From positions 2,848,001-2,912,000 of the forward strand of contig OY764159.1 of assembly GCA_963668175.1 (NCBI GenBank): DNA of 64,000 nt, written 5' to 3'. The position numbers were made by a program, and so were the translations under genes. The notes below the pieces were generated by a model, which had not been told where the DNA came from, did no database searches, and was given only the letters and a program-made list of their open reading frames with translations. This stretch comes from Syntrophales bacterium. Lineage in GTDB: Bacteria > Desulfobacterota > Syntrophia > Syntrophales > PHBD01. Below, piece by piece: positions 18,933 to 28,922 of this stretch (its first letter is position 1; every line of letters begins with the position of its first letter).

Positions 18933-19631
18933 TCATCGATTCATCATCGTTTCGATGGTCTTTTCGTCCGCATAACGCTTATCCCTCCTCAGAGGGCTCT
19001 CCCGTTTCACAAAGGCAAGGTCCACTTGCCACAAAGCGATATCCAGGGGTCGATAGAGGGGATCTAAAATATCGTAGACGACGAATCCGCTTTCCCGCAT
19101 ATAATCGATAACGTCGTGGAATTGTCCGAATAACGTGCTCTCGATGACGATATATTCCGTTTCTTCGAGAATCCGCCTTGCGCCGATAAGGACATCCAAT
19201 TCCCGACCGTCCACGTCTATCTTAATCAGATATGGTCCTTGCAGATTCCTTTCGGCACTTATGCTGTCCAAGGTAATGCCTGGGACGGTTCTGTAACAAT
19301 CGTCATCGTTCGGATCACGGGCATCGACGATAGCCGCGAATCTCCGATTGGGACTGACACTTAGCGTGACCGGCCCAATCCCCTTGGTTGCCGCGGCAAC
19401 GATTAATTCTGCGTCGTTCAGGTTTCTGCATATCTCGGTAAGCGCCAATTGGTGTTCCTGGACCGGCTCGATAAGCAGATGTTTCGATAACGGAAAACAC
19501 TCGTAAAATTCGTGTGTGCCCGTCTGCGCACCCACGTCTATGACGGTGCGCGGATAAAATCCCAGGCTTCGTATGGTATATAAGCTTCCCCGCTTGGTGT
19601 TTCGCGGCAGCTGGATTTCATGATCCGGCAT
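18933..19631 (-). CDS. FkbM-family methyltransferase
   Basis: VIDVGAQTG, LIEPV, LIKIDVDGRELDVLIGA and QVDLAF motifs. Confidence 0.85.
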   Translation of the reverse strand: MPDHEIQLPRNTKRGSLYTIRSLGFYPRTVIDVGAQTGTHEFYECFPLSKHLLIEPVQEHQLALTEICRNLNDAELIVAAATKGIGPVTLSVSPNRRFAAIVDARDPNDDDCYRTVPGITLDSISAERNLQGPYLIKIDVDGRELDVLIGARRILEETEYIVIESTLFGQFHDVIDYMRESGFVVYDILDPLYRPLDIALWQVDLAFVKRESPLRRDKRYADEKTIETMMNR

Positions 19632-19972
19632 GGGGCATCCTGCTCCTTCGAAAACTGTCAGAATGGCGCTTCTCTTCGTCTAATCTGCAGTTTACGGATA
19701 AATCTCCGGTCGCTGGATTTGTCGGCTTACCCCCCTTTTAACTATCAGGAATATAAGACGAGGCGGCTCGGTTTGTCAATAATTTTAAATCACTGATGAT
19801 GTTGTGCGGTCTTGTCGGGATATCCATGGGGCAACATGTCAGGCGACAGGAAGCCCCATGTAAAAAATTACCCTTGAAACCCTGCGTGAAATGAATGAAA
19901 GCCGAAAGGGCATAACGAGCGCTTCAATTTCTGCGTCACGTGAAAGCGTATTTCCAGCCCGCCTCCGGCCGA

Positions 19973-21214
19973 CTATGCCGGTTTCCGGCGGCCTTCGATG
20001 GCCGAGACGATGGTTTGGACGACTTCGTCCACGGTGAGGCGGGACGAGTCGACGATCACGGCGTCGTCCGGGGGCTTCAGGGGGGCCGTTTCCCTTTGCG
20101 TGTCCTGCCGGTCCCTGGCGACGATGTCCTTTTTGACCCGGTCGAGATCGGCGTCGGCCTTGCGCCCCCGCAGTTCCTTGTAGCGGCGCGAGGCGCGCTC
20201 GTCGGCGTTGGCGTCGAGGTAGAACTTGAAATCGGCGTCGGGGAAGACGACCGTGCCCATGTCGCGCCCTTCGGCGACGACTCCGCCCCTGGCCGCCGCT
20301 TCGCGCTGGATGGCGAGCAACGCCTTGCGGACGACGGGCACGGCGGATACCTTCGAGGCAAGAAGCCCGATCTCCTCCGTGCGGATATGGGCCGTCACGT
20401 CTTCGCCGTCGACGAGGACGCAAAGCCCCGCATCCCCGTTCTTAAGCTCGATTCGGGCGCGGCCGAGAAACCCGGCGAGCCCGTCGGCGTCTTCCGGGGC
20501 GATGCCTCTCTTCTTCGACGCATACGCGACGGCGCGGTAAATGGCTCCCGTGTCGAGGTAGATGCAGGACAGACGCTTCGCGAGGGCCTTGCTCACGGTG
20601 CTCTTCCCGGCCCCGGCGGGTCCGTCGATCGTGACGACCATCTTCTTTCCGCTGCCGGCGGGCGCGGCCTTTTCCGCTTCTATGTCGCTGCGGTAACGTG
20701 TGGCGACGGGGCCGTCCTTCCGCCAGAGCCAGCAGCTGTCGATGATCATGGACTGATCCGTCCTGGGCATGTTGACCCGCCCGTCCTCACGGATGCGGCT
20801 GTAATAGGACCAGAGCGCCTGGACGGCAGCCGAGCCCATGGAAAGGATGAGGTTGTTGAGATGCAGGCAGCCCTGGGTCCTGCCGAAAATGGTTCTGACT
20901 TCGTGCTTGAAGCCGGAGTTGATGCTCAGGCCCTTCAATTTCTGGAGCGTCGGGAGGATCTCCGTACATTCCTGCATGGGCGTGTTCGGCATCTCGACTT
21001 CGGCGTCGAGGATTTCCAGTTTCGGGATGGAAAGCGTCAGGGAAACGACCATCTTGTGAACGATACTGGGGTCGCGGTAGACTTTCGTCGTATAGAAGAA
21101 GAACGGGAAGAAGCGTTCGTCGGTCAGCGTGCCCGTCACGAGCAGGCGGTCGTCGTCGATCTCGTAGCAGCGGGTGATGATGTCTCTCTCGTGAATCAGC
21201 TCTTTCTTGCTCAA
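19973..21214 (-). CDS. cmk: Cytidylate kinase fused to an N-terminal DUF2889-like domain
   Basis: C-terminal half has TIDGPAGAGKST, YLDTGAIYR and VAEGRDMGTVVFPDA. N-terminal half has IHERDI, VHKM, GCLHL and DSC. Confidence 0.88.
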   Translation of the reverse strand: MSKKELIHERDIITRCYEIDDDRLLVTGTLTDERFFPFFFYTTKVYRDPSIVHKMVVSLTLSIPKLEILDAEVEMPNTPMQECTEILPTLQKLKGLSINSGFKHEVRTIFGRTQGCLHLNNLILSMGSAAVQALWSYYSRIREDGRVNMPRTDQSMIIDSCWLWRKDGPVATRYRSDIEAEKAAPAGSGKKMVVTIDGPAGAGKSTVSKALAKRLSCIYLDTGAIYRAVAYASKKRGIAPEDADGLAGFLGRARIELKNGDAGLCVLVDGEDVTAHIRTEEIGLLASKVSAVPVVRKALLAIQREAAARGGVVAEGRDMGTVVFPDADFKFYLDANADERASRRYKELRGRKADADLDRVKKDIVARDRQDTQRETAPLKPPDDAVIVDSSRLTVDEVVQTIVSAIEGRRKPA

Positions 21215-21243
21215 GGCGGGAATCCCTCTCTTTTCCTTTCAAA

Positions 21244-22260
21244 TCAGAATCCCAGTTCCTCGGCGTACGAGAACTGGCGCTGCCAGGGTATGCCGGGATG
21301 GGTTTTGCTGAAGACGTCGCGGCCCACGATCTTGACGGACTCGGCGTCGACCTCGACGGGGTGGCAGCCTCCTACGTAGCCGGCATCGGGCGCGATGCGC
21401 GGGTTCTTGCCCGGCAGGCAGTCGCAGTCCGCCGTGATGTTCAGGACGGCGTTCACCAGGACGGACTTCTTTTCGATTTTCTCCCAGACGGCTGCTGCCG
21501 TCTCCACGAGCTTCTCCTGGAAGACGTTCATGTCCGTCTCCCAGATAATCTCCAGGGCGACAGTGGGACACTGGGCGATGCACTGGGCGCAGCCGATGCA
21601 CAGATCGAGGTCGTAGGTGGGGAAGGCGTCGTCGTCCATGCAGGCGGCCCCCGTCGGGCAGACCTCGACGCAGACGCCGCAGCGGGTGCAGAGCTCCGTG
21701 TCAAGGATGGGACGGACGTCGGCGTGCATCCGCTGCTTCTGGGCGCGGGACGCGAAGCCCATGGACAGGTTCTTGATCGCCCCGCCGAAGCCCGAGGCCA
21801 GGTGCCCCTTGAAATGGGAGAAGATGAAGAAGCCGTCGGCTTCGCTAAAGACGTCCGCCACCTGGACGGTCTTGAAATGTTTGTAGTCCGTCTTGAGATC
21901 GACGACCTTGCGGCCGTCCATCCCGTCGGCGATGACGACAGGGCAGCCGAGGAACGACTCGCTGTAGCCGTTCTGCCGGGCCGTCTCCAGGGAGTCGGCG
22001 GCGTTTCTCCGGCCGCCGCTGTAGAGGACCGTCGTGTCGAAGATGAAGGGCTTGGTCTTCTTCTCCGTGAGCCAGCGGACGATCTCCCGGGCCAGGGCCG
22101 GCGGCAGGAAGCTGATATTGCCGCGCTCGCCCCAGTGAAGCTTGATGCCGACGCGGTCGCCGGCCTTGAAAGGGGCCTTCATTTGATCGAGAAGCTTCCT
22201 GAGGGCCTCGACCGACTTCGCGTCCACCCCTTCCGCCTTCTGAAACAGCAAATCGCCCAT
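21244..22260 (-). CDS. DUF362-domain iron-sulfur protein
   Basis: KLHWGE, SHFKGH, GGAIKNL, two CxxCxxCxxxCP ferredoxin motifs and CDC. Confidence 0.88.
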   Translation of the reverse strand: MGDLLFQKAEGVDAKSVEALRKLLDQMKAPFKAGDRVGIKLHWGERGNISFLPPALAREIVRWLTEKKTKPFIFDTTVLYSGGRRNAADSLETARQNGYSESFLGCPVVIADGMDGRKVVDLKTDYKHFKTVQVADVFSEADGFFIFSHFKGHLASGFGGAIKNLSMGFASRAQKQRMHADVRPILDTELCTRCGVCVEVCPTGAACMDDDAFPTYDLDLCIGCAQCIAQCPTVALEIIWETDMNVFQEKLVETAAAVWEKIEKKSVLVNAVLNITADCDCLPGKNPRIAPDAGYVGGCHPVEVDAESVKIVGRDVFSKTHPGIPWQRQFSYAEELGF

Positions 22261-22352
22261 AAAACCTCCGATTGGTTTTTTTATTCATATTCGGCTGGCG
22301 CGTGAGAAAAAAAGCCTCCCGCTGCCCACCGCCCTATTGCTGCCACGTTTAG

Positions 22353-22652
22353 CAGCTTGTTGAAAAATTCGATTTTGAACCCCCTATGCAAGGGGCACGT
22401 CACCTGAAGGTGATAAACAGGCTGCTTGCCCCCTTCAGGGGGTTCAAAAAGTCCAGCTGTAAGGTTTATCCCCTTTAGGGGACGCGCAAAAAGCCCCCCC
22501 TGCGGGGGGCGTCACCTGAAGGTGATAAACAACGAGAATCAGGCATACCTGTGAGTATGTCGATTGACGAGGCTTGCCCCCTCGGCGGGGGCGCAGCAGC
22601 GCAACGCGCCATATGGAATATCTTACGATATCGGGCGTTTTTCAACAGCCTG
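22353..22652. mobile_element. MITE-like non-autonomous element of ~300 bp with nested palindromes
   Basis: Terminal inverted repeats CAGCTTGTTGAAAAA (22353-22367) and TTTTTCAACAGCCTG (22638-22652). Internal 22-bp direct repeat at 22398 and 22510. No credible ORF. Confidence 0.75.
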
Positions 22653-24347
22653 TCAAGGATTCATCTCGTAAACGTCCTTCAACGCGTACACGAACTCATT
22701 GCATACTCTGTCGTACCGGGCCTTGTCAACATTGGGTTTGCGGATCATTTTCAGGCAGTGCTCCATCTGCACCGGCGTGCTGCTCGGCTTGCTGTAGAGC
22801 TGCAGGGCGTAGCGGGAGAAGTCCCGGACGATGAAGTCGAATATCTGGTCGAGCAGATCCTTGTCTACATTGTATATCAAGGCGTTTTCCAGGATGAGCT
22901 GGCCGTAGACGACGCACGTGAAGAGCTCGCCCAAAATCAGGAGGAAGTCGATGTCCTCCGTCTGCTCCTTGTTGGGGGTCGCCTTGAGCAGGAAGGACCT
23001 GAAGACCTCGATCTGTTCCTTCACGATCTGCACGTTGGGCAGGTCGAACTTGCCGTAGGCGATGTTGAAGTCGTGGAACTGGATCTTGCCCAGGCCCTTC
23101 GTCGCGCCCTGGTTGAAGAGGAACGTGTCGTCCGCGGGGTCGGTCCGCTTCGGCACCTCGGGGAACTGGCCGGGATTGAAGAAATAGTTCGCCATGAACT
23201 TGATGATGAGCGCCATGTTGACGTGGGCTGTCCCTTCCAGCTTCGGGAGCGCCCGGATGTCCCGCGCCGCCATCTCGAAGTAGGTGTCTTTCTCGAAGCC
23301 CTTGGCGGCGATGATGTCCCACAGGAGGTTGATGACCTCCTCGCCCTGCATGGTGACCTTCATCTTCACCATGGGGTTGTAGAGGAGGTAGCGCCGGTCC
23401 GTTTCGGACGCGGAGCGCATGTAGTCGATGCCCCGGAGCGCAAAGAGGCGCATGGCGACCAGCCGCGTGTAGGCGTCGACGAAAAGCTGCCTCACCTGCG
23501 GGAATTCCGTGACGAACTTGCCGTAGAGGTTCCGGTGGGAGGCGTGGTTGATGGACTCGTAGAAGGCGTGCGTGCAGATGCCGATGGTGGCCCAACCGAG
23601 GTTGAACTTGCCCACGTTCACGGTGTTCAAGGAATTGTCCCAGGCCTCCCGGCCGCGCGCGAGGATGTCCGCATCGGCGATGGGATAGTCGTGGAGGTAA
23701 TATTCGGCGACGAAGTTCTGGCTCGCGACGACGTTCTTCACCAGCTCGAACCTCTCGTGATGGGAATCGACGGCGAAGAAGACGTAGTCGCCCGTGTCGG
23801 CCATCTTCCCGAAGGTGGAGACGATGACCGCCTCGTTGCCGTTGCCGATGTAGTACTTGTCGCCCTCCGCGAAATATTTCCCGCCGCCCTGCGGCTTCAG
23901 CATCATGTCCGTCGAATAGATGTCCGCGCCGTGCTCCTTCTCGGAGAGCCCGAAGGCGAAGATGCGGCCGTATTTGAGATGCTGCGCCGTCTTCTTCTTG
24001 ACCTCCTCGTTTCGGCTCATCCAGATGGGTCCCAGGCCGAGGATGGAGACCTGCCAGGTGTACCAGTAGGGGAGCCCGTAAAATCCGAGGATTTCGTTGA
24101 ACTCGCAGTTCCGCCACGTGTCCCAGCGGTCCTGCCCCGAACCGTATGCCGCCGGCGTCAGGAGGGTGGCGAATATCTTGTTCTCCTTCACGAACTGGAG
24201 GAAATCGTCGTACCAGACGCGCCACTGGTCATCCTCCTTGAGGCGCCGTTTGCCCTTTCTCTCGAAAAACTTGATCGTCTTTTCCATGATGTCCCGCGAT
24301 GTTTCGTCGGGACAACTGCTTGCGAATTTCCTGGGATTGAACAGCAT
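22653..24347 (-). CDS. Acyl-CoA dehydrogenase (long, 564 aa)
   Basis: AFGLSEKEHGAD, KYYIGNG and KLEGT motifs. Confidence 0.88.
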   Translation of the reverse strand: MLFNPRKFASSCPDETSRDIMEKTIKFFERKGKRRLKEDDQWRVWYDDFLQFVKENKIFATLLTPAAYGSGQDRWDTWRNCEFNEILGFYGLPYWYTWQVSILGLGPIWMSRNEEVKKKTAQHLKYGRIFAFGLSEKEHGADIYSTDMMLKPQGGGKYFAEGDKYYIGNGNEAVIVSTFGKMADTGDYVFFAVDSHHERFELVKNVVASQNFVAEYYLHDYPIADADILARGREAWDNSLNTVNVGKFNLGWATIGICTHAFYESINHASHRNLYGKFVTEFPQVRQLFVDAYTRLVAMRLFALRGIDYMRSASETDRRYLLYNPMVKMKVTMQGEEVINLLWDIIAAKGFEKDTYFEMAARDIRALPKLEGTAHVNMALIIKFMANYFFNPGQFPEVPKRTDPADDTFLFNQGATKGLGKIQFHDFNIAYGKFDLPNVQIVKEQIEVFRSFLLKATPNKEQTEDIDFLLILGELFTCVVYGQLILENALIYNVDKDLLDQIFDFIVRDFSRYALQLYSKPSSTPVQMEHCLKMIRKPNVDKARYDRVCNEFVYALKDVYEMNP

Positions 24348-24530
24348 GCCTGATGCTCCTTTTTTTTGAGGGCGGGGTTACAGCCCGGTCCATTCCGTTA
24401 ATCCATCCAAACGATACTCCTGCCGCTTCTTCCGTTATCCTTTTTCACGCCGCCGCAGAGGGGCGACGCTTCTTATTCACGGGCGAAAGTCTTCGCCGGA
24501 AAAGCATTTGTGCCGAAGCCGGGGCTTCCT

Positions 24531-24983
24531 TCAGCAGGGCACCGGCGAATACGAGACGACGATCGTCCTGTTCAGGAGGCGGTCGCCGACCCTGGATGCG
24601 CTGACGAGGCAGGGGACGTCGCTGCCGTCGCTGTGGCGGCATGTGAATCTCTCCGTGTGGATGCGGTCCCTCTCCAGGGCGGGATAGAAAAGCCGTGCGA
24701 TTTCCTCGAACTCCTCGTCCGACCGGTACAGGACGCGCGTCGTCCCGCCGATCAGGGCCTCCGGATCCAGGCCGAAGACGAGTTTCACGCCGTTGTTGGC
24801 GAAGATGATGTTGCGGTCCCGAAGGCCGAGAACGGCGCAGGGGATTGCGTCGAGGATGGACGCCATGAGGATCTTGAGCTCGTCGCGGCCTTCCGCCTTC
24901 TCCGTCCGCGCCACCCGGCGGCGGAGATCGTTCAGTTCTTCGATCAGCACGTCTTTCGGTCTGTCTTCGTCTTTCATACCCAT
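24531..24983 (-). CDS. Stand-alone PAS-domain protein
   Basis: MKDEDRPKDVLIEEL coiled leader, IIFAN...FG PAS fold, GAGGAG RBS. Confidence 0.75.
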   Translation of the reverse strand: MGMKDEDRPKDVLIEELNDLRRRVARTEKAEGRDELKILMASILDAIPCAVLGLRDRNIIFANNGVKLVFGLDPEALIGGTTRVLYRSDEEFEEIARLFYPALERDRIHTERFTCRHSDGSDVPCLVSASRVGDRLLNRTIVVSYSPVPC

Positions 24984-25355
24984 GTTCTCCTCTCTCGTAT
25001 AGAACCTCGCGTTCGGCCCGGGAGGGAACGCCGTCCGCATGCCCTTCCGCCAGTCTCAAACACGCAGAATCGGACCAAGGTACGCAAGGATCATTGCCAA
25101 GGATCGAAATGGATTATCCGGATGGCCGTAAGGAATGCAAAGCGTCTGGAGAAATTCGCTGCTCGGGAAAGCCCCCGCCGATCGGAACAACGGCGGCAAG
25201 ACGCCGTTTCGCATCCGGACGTTTCCGGACGGTCGCGGACGATGGGTATCATCGGATCAGGATGTTTTTCGCCGCTGAAAGGAGTGTAACACAGCTCACC
25301 GGGCAAGGCAATCATGTTCTCTTGCGTCTGCAGCGCCCCGGTGAGGGCGGAAGCG

Positions 25356-27746
25356 TTAGAAGCCGTTAGCCCGTTCCCGGCCGGCCGCTCGGTTTCCGTC
25401 GGCATCGCGGTGGATGCTTTCCATTGCCGCGAGGAACCGGTCCCAGCGGCGGCGCGCCTCCTGAAGGAGGGCGGCGAGTTTAGGGCCGTCCTTGGCTGAG
25501 GCCGCCTGCTCGATCCTGACGAAACTGTCGTGGAGGGGACCCGCGCAGATCGTTCCGGAAGAGCCCTTGAGACGGTGGGCGATGCGTTCGATCTGGCGAA
25601 AATTCCGGCAGACCGACGCCTGCGAGATGACTTCGAACTGGATGGGGATATCGGCGGTAAAAATGTCGAGGAGGTCTTTCATCATCTCCTGTTTTCCGCC
25701 GATCCTTTTCAGGAGGGCCGCGGCGTCGAAATCGCAGCCGAGGTCCGTCCTTGCCGGCGCCGCGTCATACGGTTCCTGCCCTTCTCCGTCGATAAGGCGA
25801 GACACGGCCTTGAGGACCTGGTCCGGCTCGACGGGTTTGGCGATGTACTCGTCCATGCCGGCCATGAGGCACAGCTGCCTGTCCTCTTCCGTCGCAAAGG
25901 CGGTAAGTCCGATGATCGGCGTATGCCGTCCGCTTCCCTTTTCGCGGTTGCGGATCATCAGGGCCGCCTCGATGCCGTCCATTTCCGGCATCTGCACATC
26001 CATGATGACGGCGTCGTAGATGCCGGCGTCGCAGGCATCCAGCGCGTCCTTGCCGTTGCCCGCCGCATCGACGAGATAACCGGCGTCATGGAGGATGCTG
26101 ACCAGGACTTTCATATTGATGAGGTTGTCTTCCGCGACGAGAACCCTTCTCGGCGGCCTGCCGTTTTCGTTTTTCCCTTCCGGACGGACCGTTTCGGCGT
26201 CCTTGACGCCCGGGCCGTACTGGCGCGCCGGCGTCGTCAGGCAGTATACGAGGCGGCTCATCGTTACGGGTTTGTAAAGGAGCTTGTATCCCCGCTCCCG
26301 GACGGCCATTTCCGTCCGCGTGTTCCGCCGGGACACCATGATCACGACGTCCTGCCTGTCGAAGAGCCCGCGGCTCGTCAGGGTATCGGCGAAGATCACG
26401 GCATCCATGTCGGCCAGGCGCGCATCGACGACCGCCGCCTGGAAAGGATCGCCGCTTCGGGCGGCGGAGGCCGCGGCGGACAGCCCGTCCTTGCCGGTCT
26501 CCATTCCGCTCACTTCGCACCCGAGGGTCGCGAGGTATTCGCCGACGGCGTTTCTCACGGCCGCCGAGGGATCGACGATCAGAATCTTCGTGCCGGGCTG
26601 CACCGGCGAAGACGGCCGGTCGGCCCCGGCCAGGGGGTTCTTGCCCATGACCGCCGTGAACGCAAAGACGGACCCCCTGCCCTCTTCGCTTTCGGCGGTC
26701 AGCGCGCCGCCCATCATCTCGGCAAGCTTCCTCGATATGGCGAGCCCCAGCCCCGTCCCCCCGTATTTCCTGGTCGTGGAAGCGTCGACCTGGGCGAAGG
26801 ACTGGAATATCCGCTCCATGCTGTCCTTCGGGATGCCGATGCCCGTATCCCTGACTTCGAAGCGGAGCGTGACGCGGTCGATGTCTTCGTTTTCAAGGCC
26901 GACCGAAAGGATGACCTCGCCTTCCTGTGTGAACTTGACGGCGTTGCCGATGAGATTCGTCAGGATCTGGCGCAGCCGGTTGTAGTCGCCCTTCAGGCAT
27001 TTCGGGACGCCGCCCGCGATGCGGCAGACGAGGTCCAGCCCCTTTTCGTGGGCCTGGACGGCCATTATGTCCATGAGTTCGTCGATTTCCTTGTAGAGAT
27101 TGAAGTCGGCGATTTCCAGTTCCATGCGCTCCGCTTCGATCTTGGAAAAATCGAGCACATGGTTGACGATATGGAGGAGCGACCGGGCCGAGGCCTGGAT
27201 GGTTTCGGCGTATTCCCGCTGGTCCGGCCGGAGGGGCGTGCGCAGGAGGAGGCTCGTCATGCCGATGATGCCGTTCATCGGCGTCCGTATCTCGTGGCTC
27301 ATGTGGGCCACGAACTGCGTCTTCGCCCGGCTCGCCGCTTCGATCTCCTCCATGCGGAGGCGGTCCTGCCGGAGGCGCTTCTGTTCCATGGCATGGAGCG
27401 ACGATGCTCCCAGGCGAGCGATCCTGTCTTTGAGGAGGTAGTCGCTGGCGCCCTGTTTCATGCATTCCGCCGCGATTTCGTCGCCTACGGCCCCGGTCAC
27501 GACGATAAAGGGGATGTCCAGGTTTCTTTCCTTCATCAATTGGAGGGCGTGGAGCGCTCCAAACCGCGCCAGGGCGTAATCGGACAGGATGAGGTCGTAT
27601 CCGCGGCTCAGGAGGGAGAGGTATTCGTCCTCCGTCTTCACGGAGCGGTAATCGACGGCCTTCCAGACCTTCATGAGCTCGCAAACCATCGATTCGACGT
27701 CGGTTGGATTGTCTCCGATAATCAGGACGCGCAGGATATCCATCAT
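25356..27746 (-). CDS. Hybrid histidine kinase (REC-HisKA-HATPase-REC-REC-Hpt)
   Basis: [38 protein letters not shown] and the Hpt motif AHRLKGSS. Confidence 0.92.
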   Translation of the reverse strand: MMDILRVLIIGDNPTDVESMVCELMKVWKAVDYRSVKTEDEYLSLLSRGYDLILSDYALARFGALHALQLMKERNLDIPFIVVTGAVGDEIAAECMKQGASDYLLKDRIARLGASSLHAMEQKRLRQDRLRMEEIEAASRAKTQFVAHMSHEIRTPMNGIIGMTSLLLRTPLRPDQREYAETIQASARSLLHIVNHVLDFSKIEAERMELEIADFNLYKEIDELMDIMAVQAHEKGLDLVCRIAGGVPKCLKGDYNRLRQILTNLIGNAVKFTQEGEVILSVGLENEDIDRVTLRFEVRDTGIGIPKDSMERIFQSFAQVDASTTRKYGGTGLGLAISRKLAEMMGGALTAESEEGRGSVFAFTAVMGKNPLAGADRPSSPVQPGTKILIVDPSAAVRNAVGEYLATLGCEVSGMETGKDGLSAAASAARSGDPFQAAVVDARLADMDAVIFADTLTSRGLFDRQDVVIMVSRRNTRTEMAVRERGYKLLYKPVTMSRLVYCLTTPARQYGPGVKDAETVRPEGKNENGRPPRRVLVAEDNLINMKVLVSILHDAGYLVDAAGNGKDALDACDAGIYDAVIMDVQMPEMDGIEAALMIRNREKGSGRHTPIIGLTAFATEEDRQLCLMAGMDEYIAKPVEPDQVLKAVSRLIDGEGQEPYDAAPARTDLGCDFDAAALLKRIGGKQEMMKDLLDIFTADIPIQFEVISQASVCRNFRQIERIAHRLKGSSGTICAGPLHDSFVRIEQAASAKDGPKLAALLQEARRRWDRFLAAMESIHRDADGNRAAGRERANGF

Positions 27747-28049
27747 GGTCCGGTCTCCGCATTACAGATTGTTTTTGAAGAAAGGCAGCGGCGGTTATAA
27801 CTGCCCGATGCCGCAAGGATATTACGATAAATGAAGATCGTTATCAAGGTTTATTTATGTACGACAAGGCTTTACGGACGCCGGGGGCCCTGTATCCCGC
27901 GATACGCGGGCATTGCGACGAAGGCGGGCCTTTTTGCTTGACAGAAGGCACGATGATTTGAGAAAAATGACTGGACGTCTTATGGATGTCCGCTCGTCGG
28001 GATGGCCGTATCAAGCGGACTTCGGTCGTACCCGCTGAGGTTAGGTGCA

Positions 28050-28670
28050 ATGCTGTTTCCAAAGACAGAGAATTTCTCCGATCTCTACGAAGAGTTGGCT
28101 GACAATATCGAGCGGAGCGGTCTGTTGTTTATGGAAATGCTCCGTCATTACGACCGCGCCGACGAATATGTCGCGAGGCTTTCCGCCGTCGAGAACGAGG
28201 CCGACTCCGTGACCCACAAGATCTACCGGAAGCTTCACCAAACGTTCATTACCCCCCTCGACAGGGAAGATCTCTACGCCCTGGTCAACAAGATGGACAA
28301 CATCGTCGATATGATCGACACGTGCGCCGAACGCATGGGATTGTACAAGGTCGGATCGCCCGATGCGATGCTCGGGGATCTTGTCCGGGTCATGAACGAG
28401 GCCATCGTCCTCGTGAAGCGGCTTATTTACGATATGAGAAAGCGTAAGGCGAACCACGACATCATCCTCGGCAACTGCAGCCGCATCGACGAGTTGGAAA
28501 CCGAAGGGGACCATATCCTGCGTGGGGCCATGCAGCGCCTTTTCGAGCAGAAGACCGATGCGATCGAATTGATCAAATGGAAGGACATCTTCGAGCGCAT
28601 CGAAGATGCGATCGACACCTGCCGCGACGTGTCCTCCGTCGTGGAAGGCATGATTCTGAAGTACGGATAA
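28050..28670 (+). CDS. DUF47/PhoU-like phosphate transport regulator
   Basis: ENEAD, TFITPLDRED, ETEGD and IKWKDIFE motifs. Confidence 0.9.
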   Translation: MLFPKTENFSDLYEELADNIERSGLLFMEMLRHYDRADEYVARLSAVENEADSVTHKIYRKLHQTFITPLDREDLYALVNKMDNIVDMIDTCAERMGLYKVGSPDAMLGDLVRVMNEAIVLVKRLIYDMRKRKANHDIILGNCSRIDELETEGDHILRGAMQRLFEQKTDAIELIKWKDIFERIEDAIDTCRDVSSVVEGMILKYG

Positions 28671-28922
28671 AGCAGAATATTGAAACATCTTAAAGCAAAA
28701 CGTTTTTCTACTGTTGTTGTTAAGACCCTCCTCCACGCGGACCAGGAACGCCCCTTCGTTTCTTTTCCGGAAATTCTCCACGACATATATCCCAATAAAA
28801 CGAACGCCGGTTATCGCTTGCCGGTGCGGAATAACAGATCGAAATTCGTCAGAATTGCGGACGGACGGGGCCCGCATATGCCCCTGTCTTCAGCGATAAT
28901 TTTTTAAAAGAGGAGAAAAGCT

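Noticed and set aside
22398..22531. 22-bp palindromic direct repeat as a mini CRISPR array
   Set aside because: Only two copies with a 90-bp gap, no cas genes, and it sits inside a MITE-like element.
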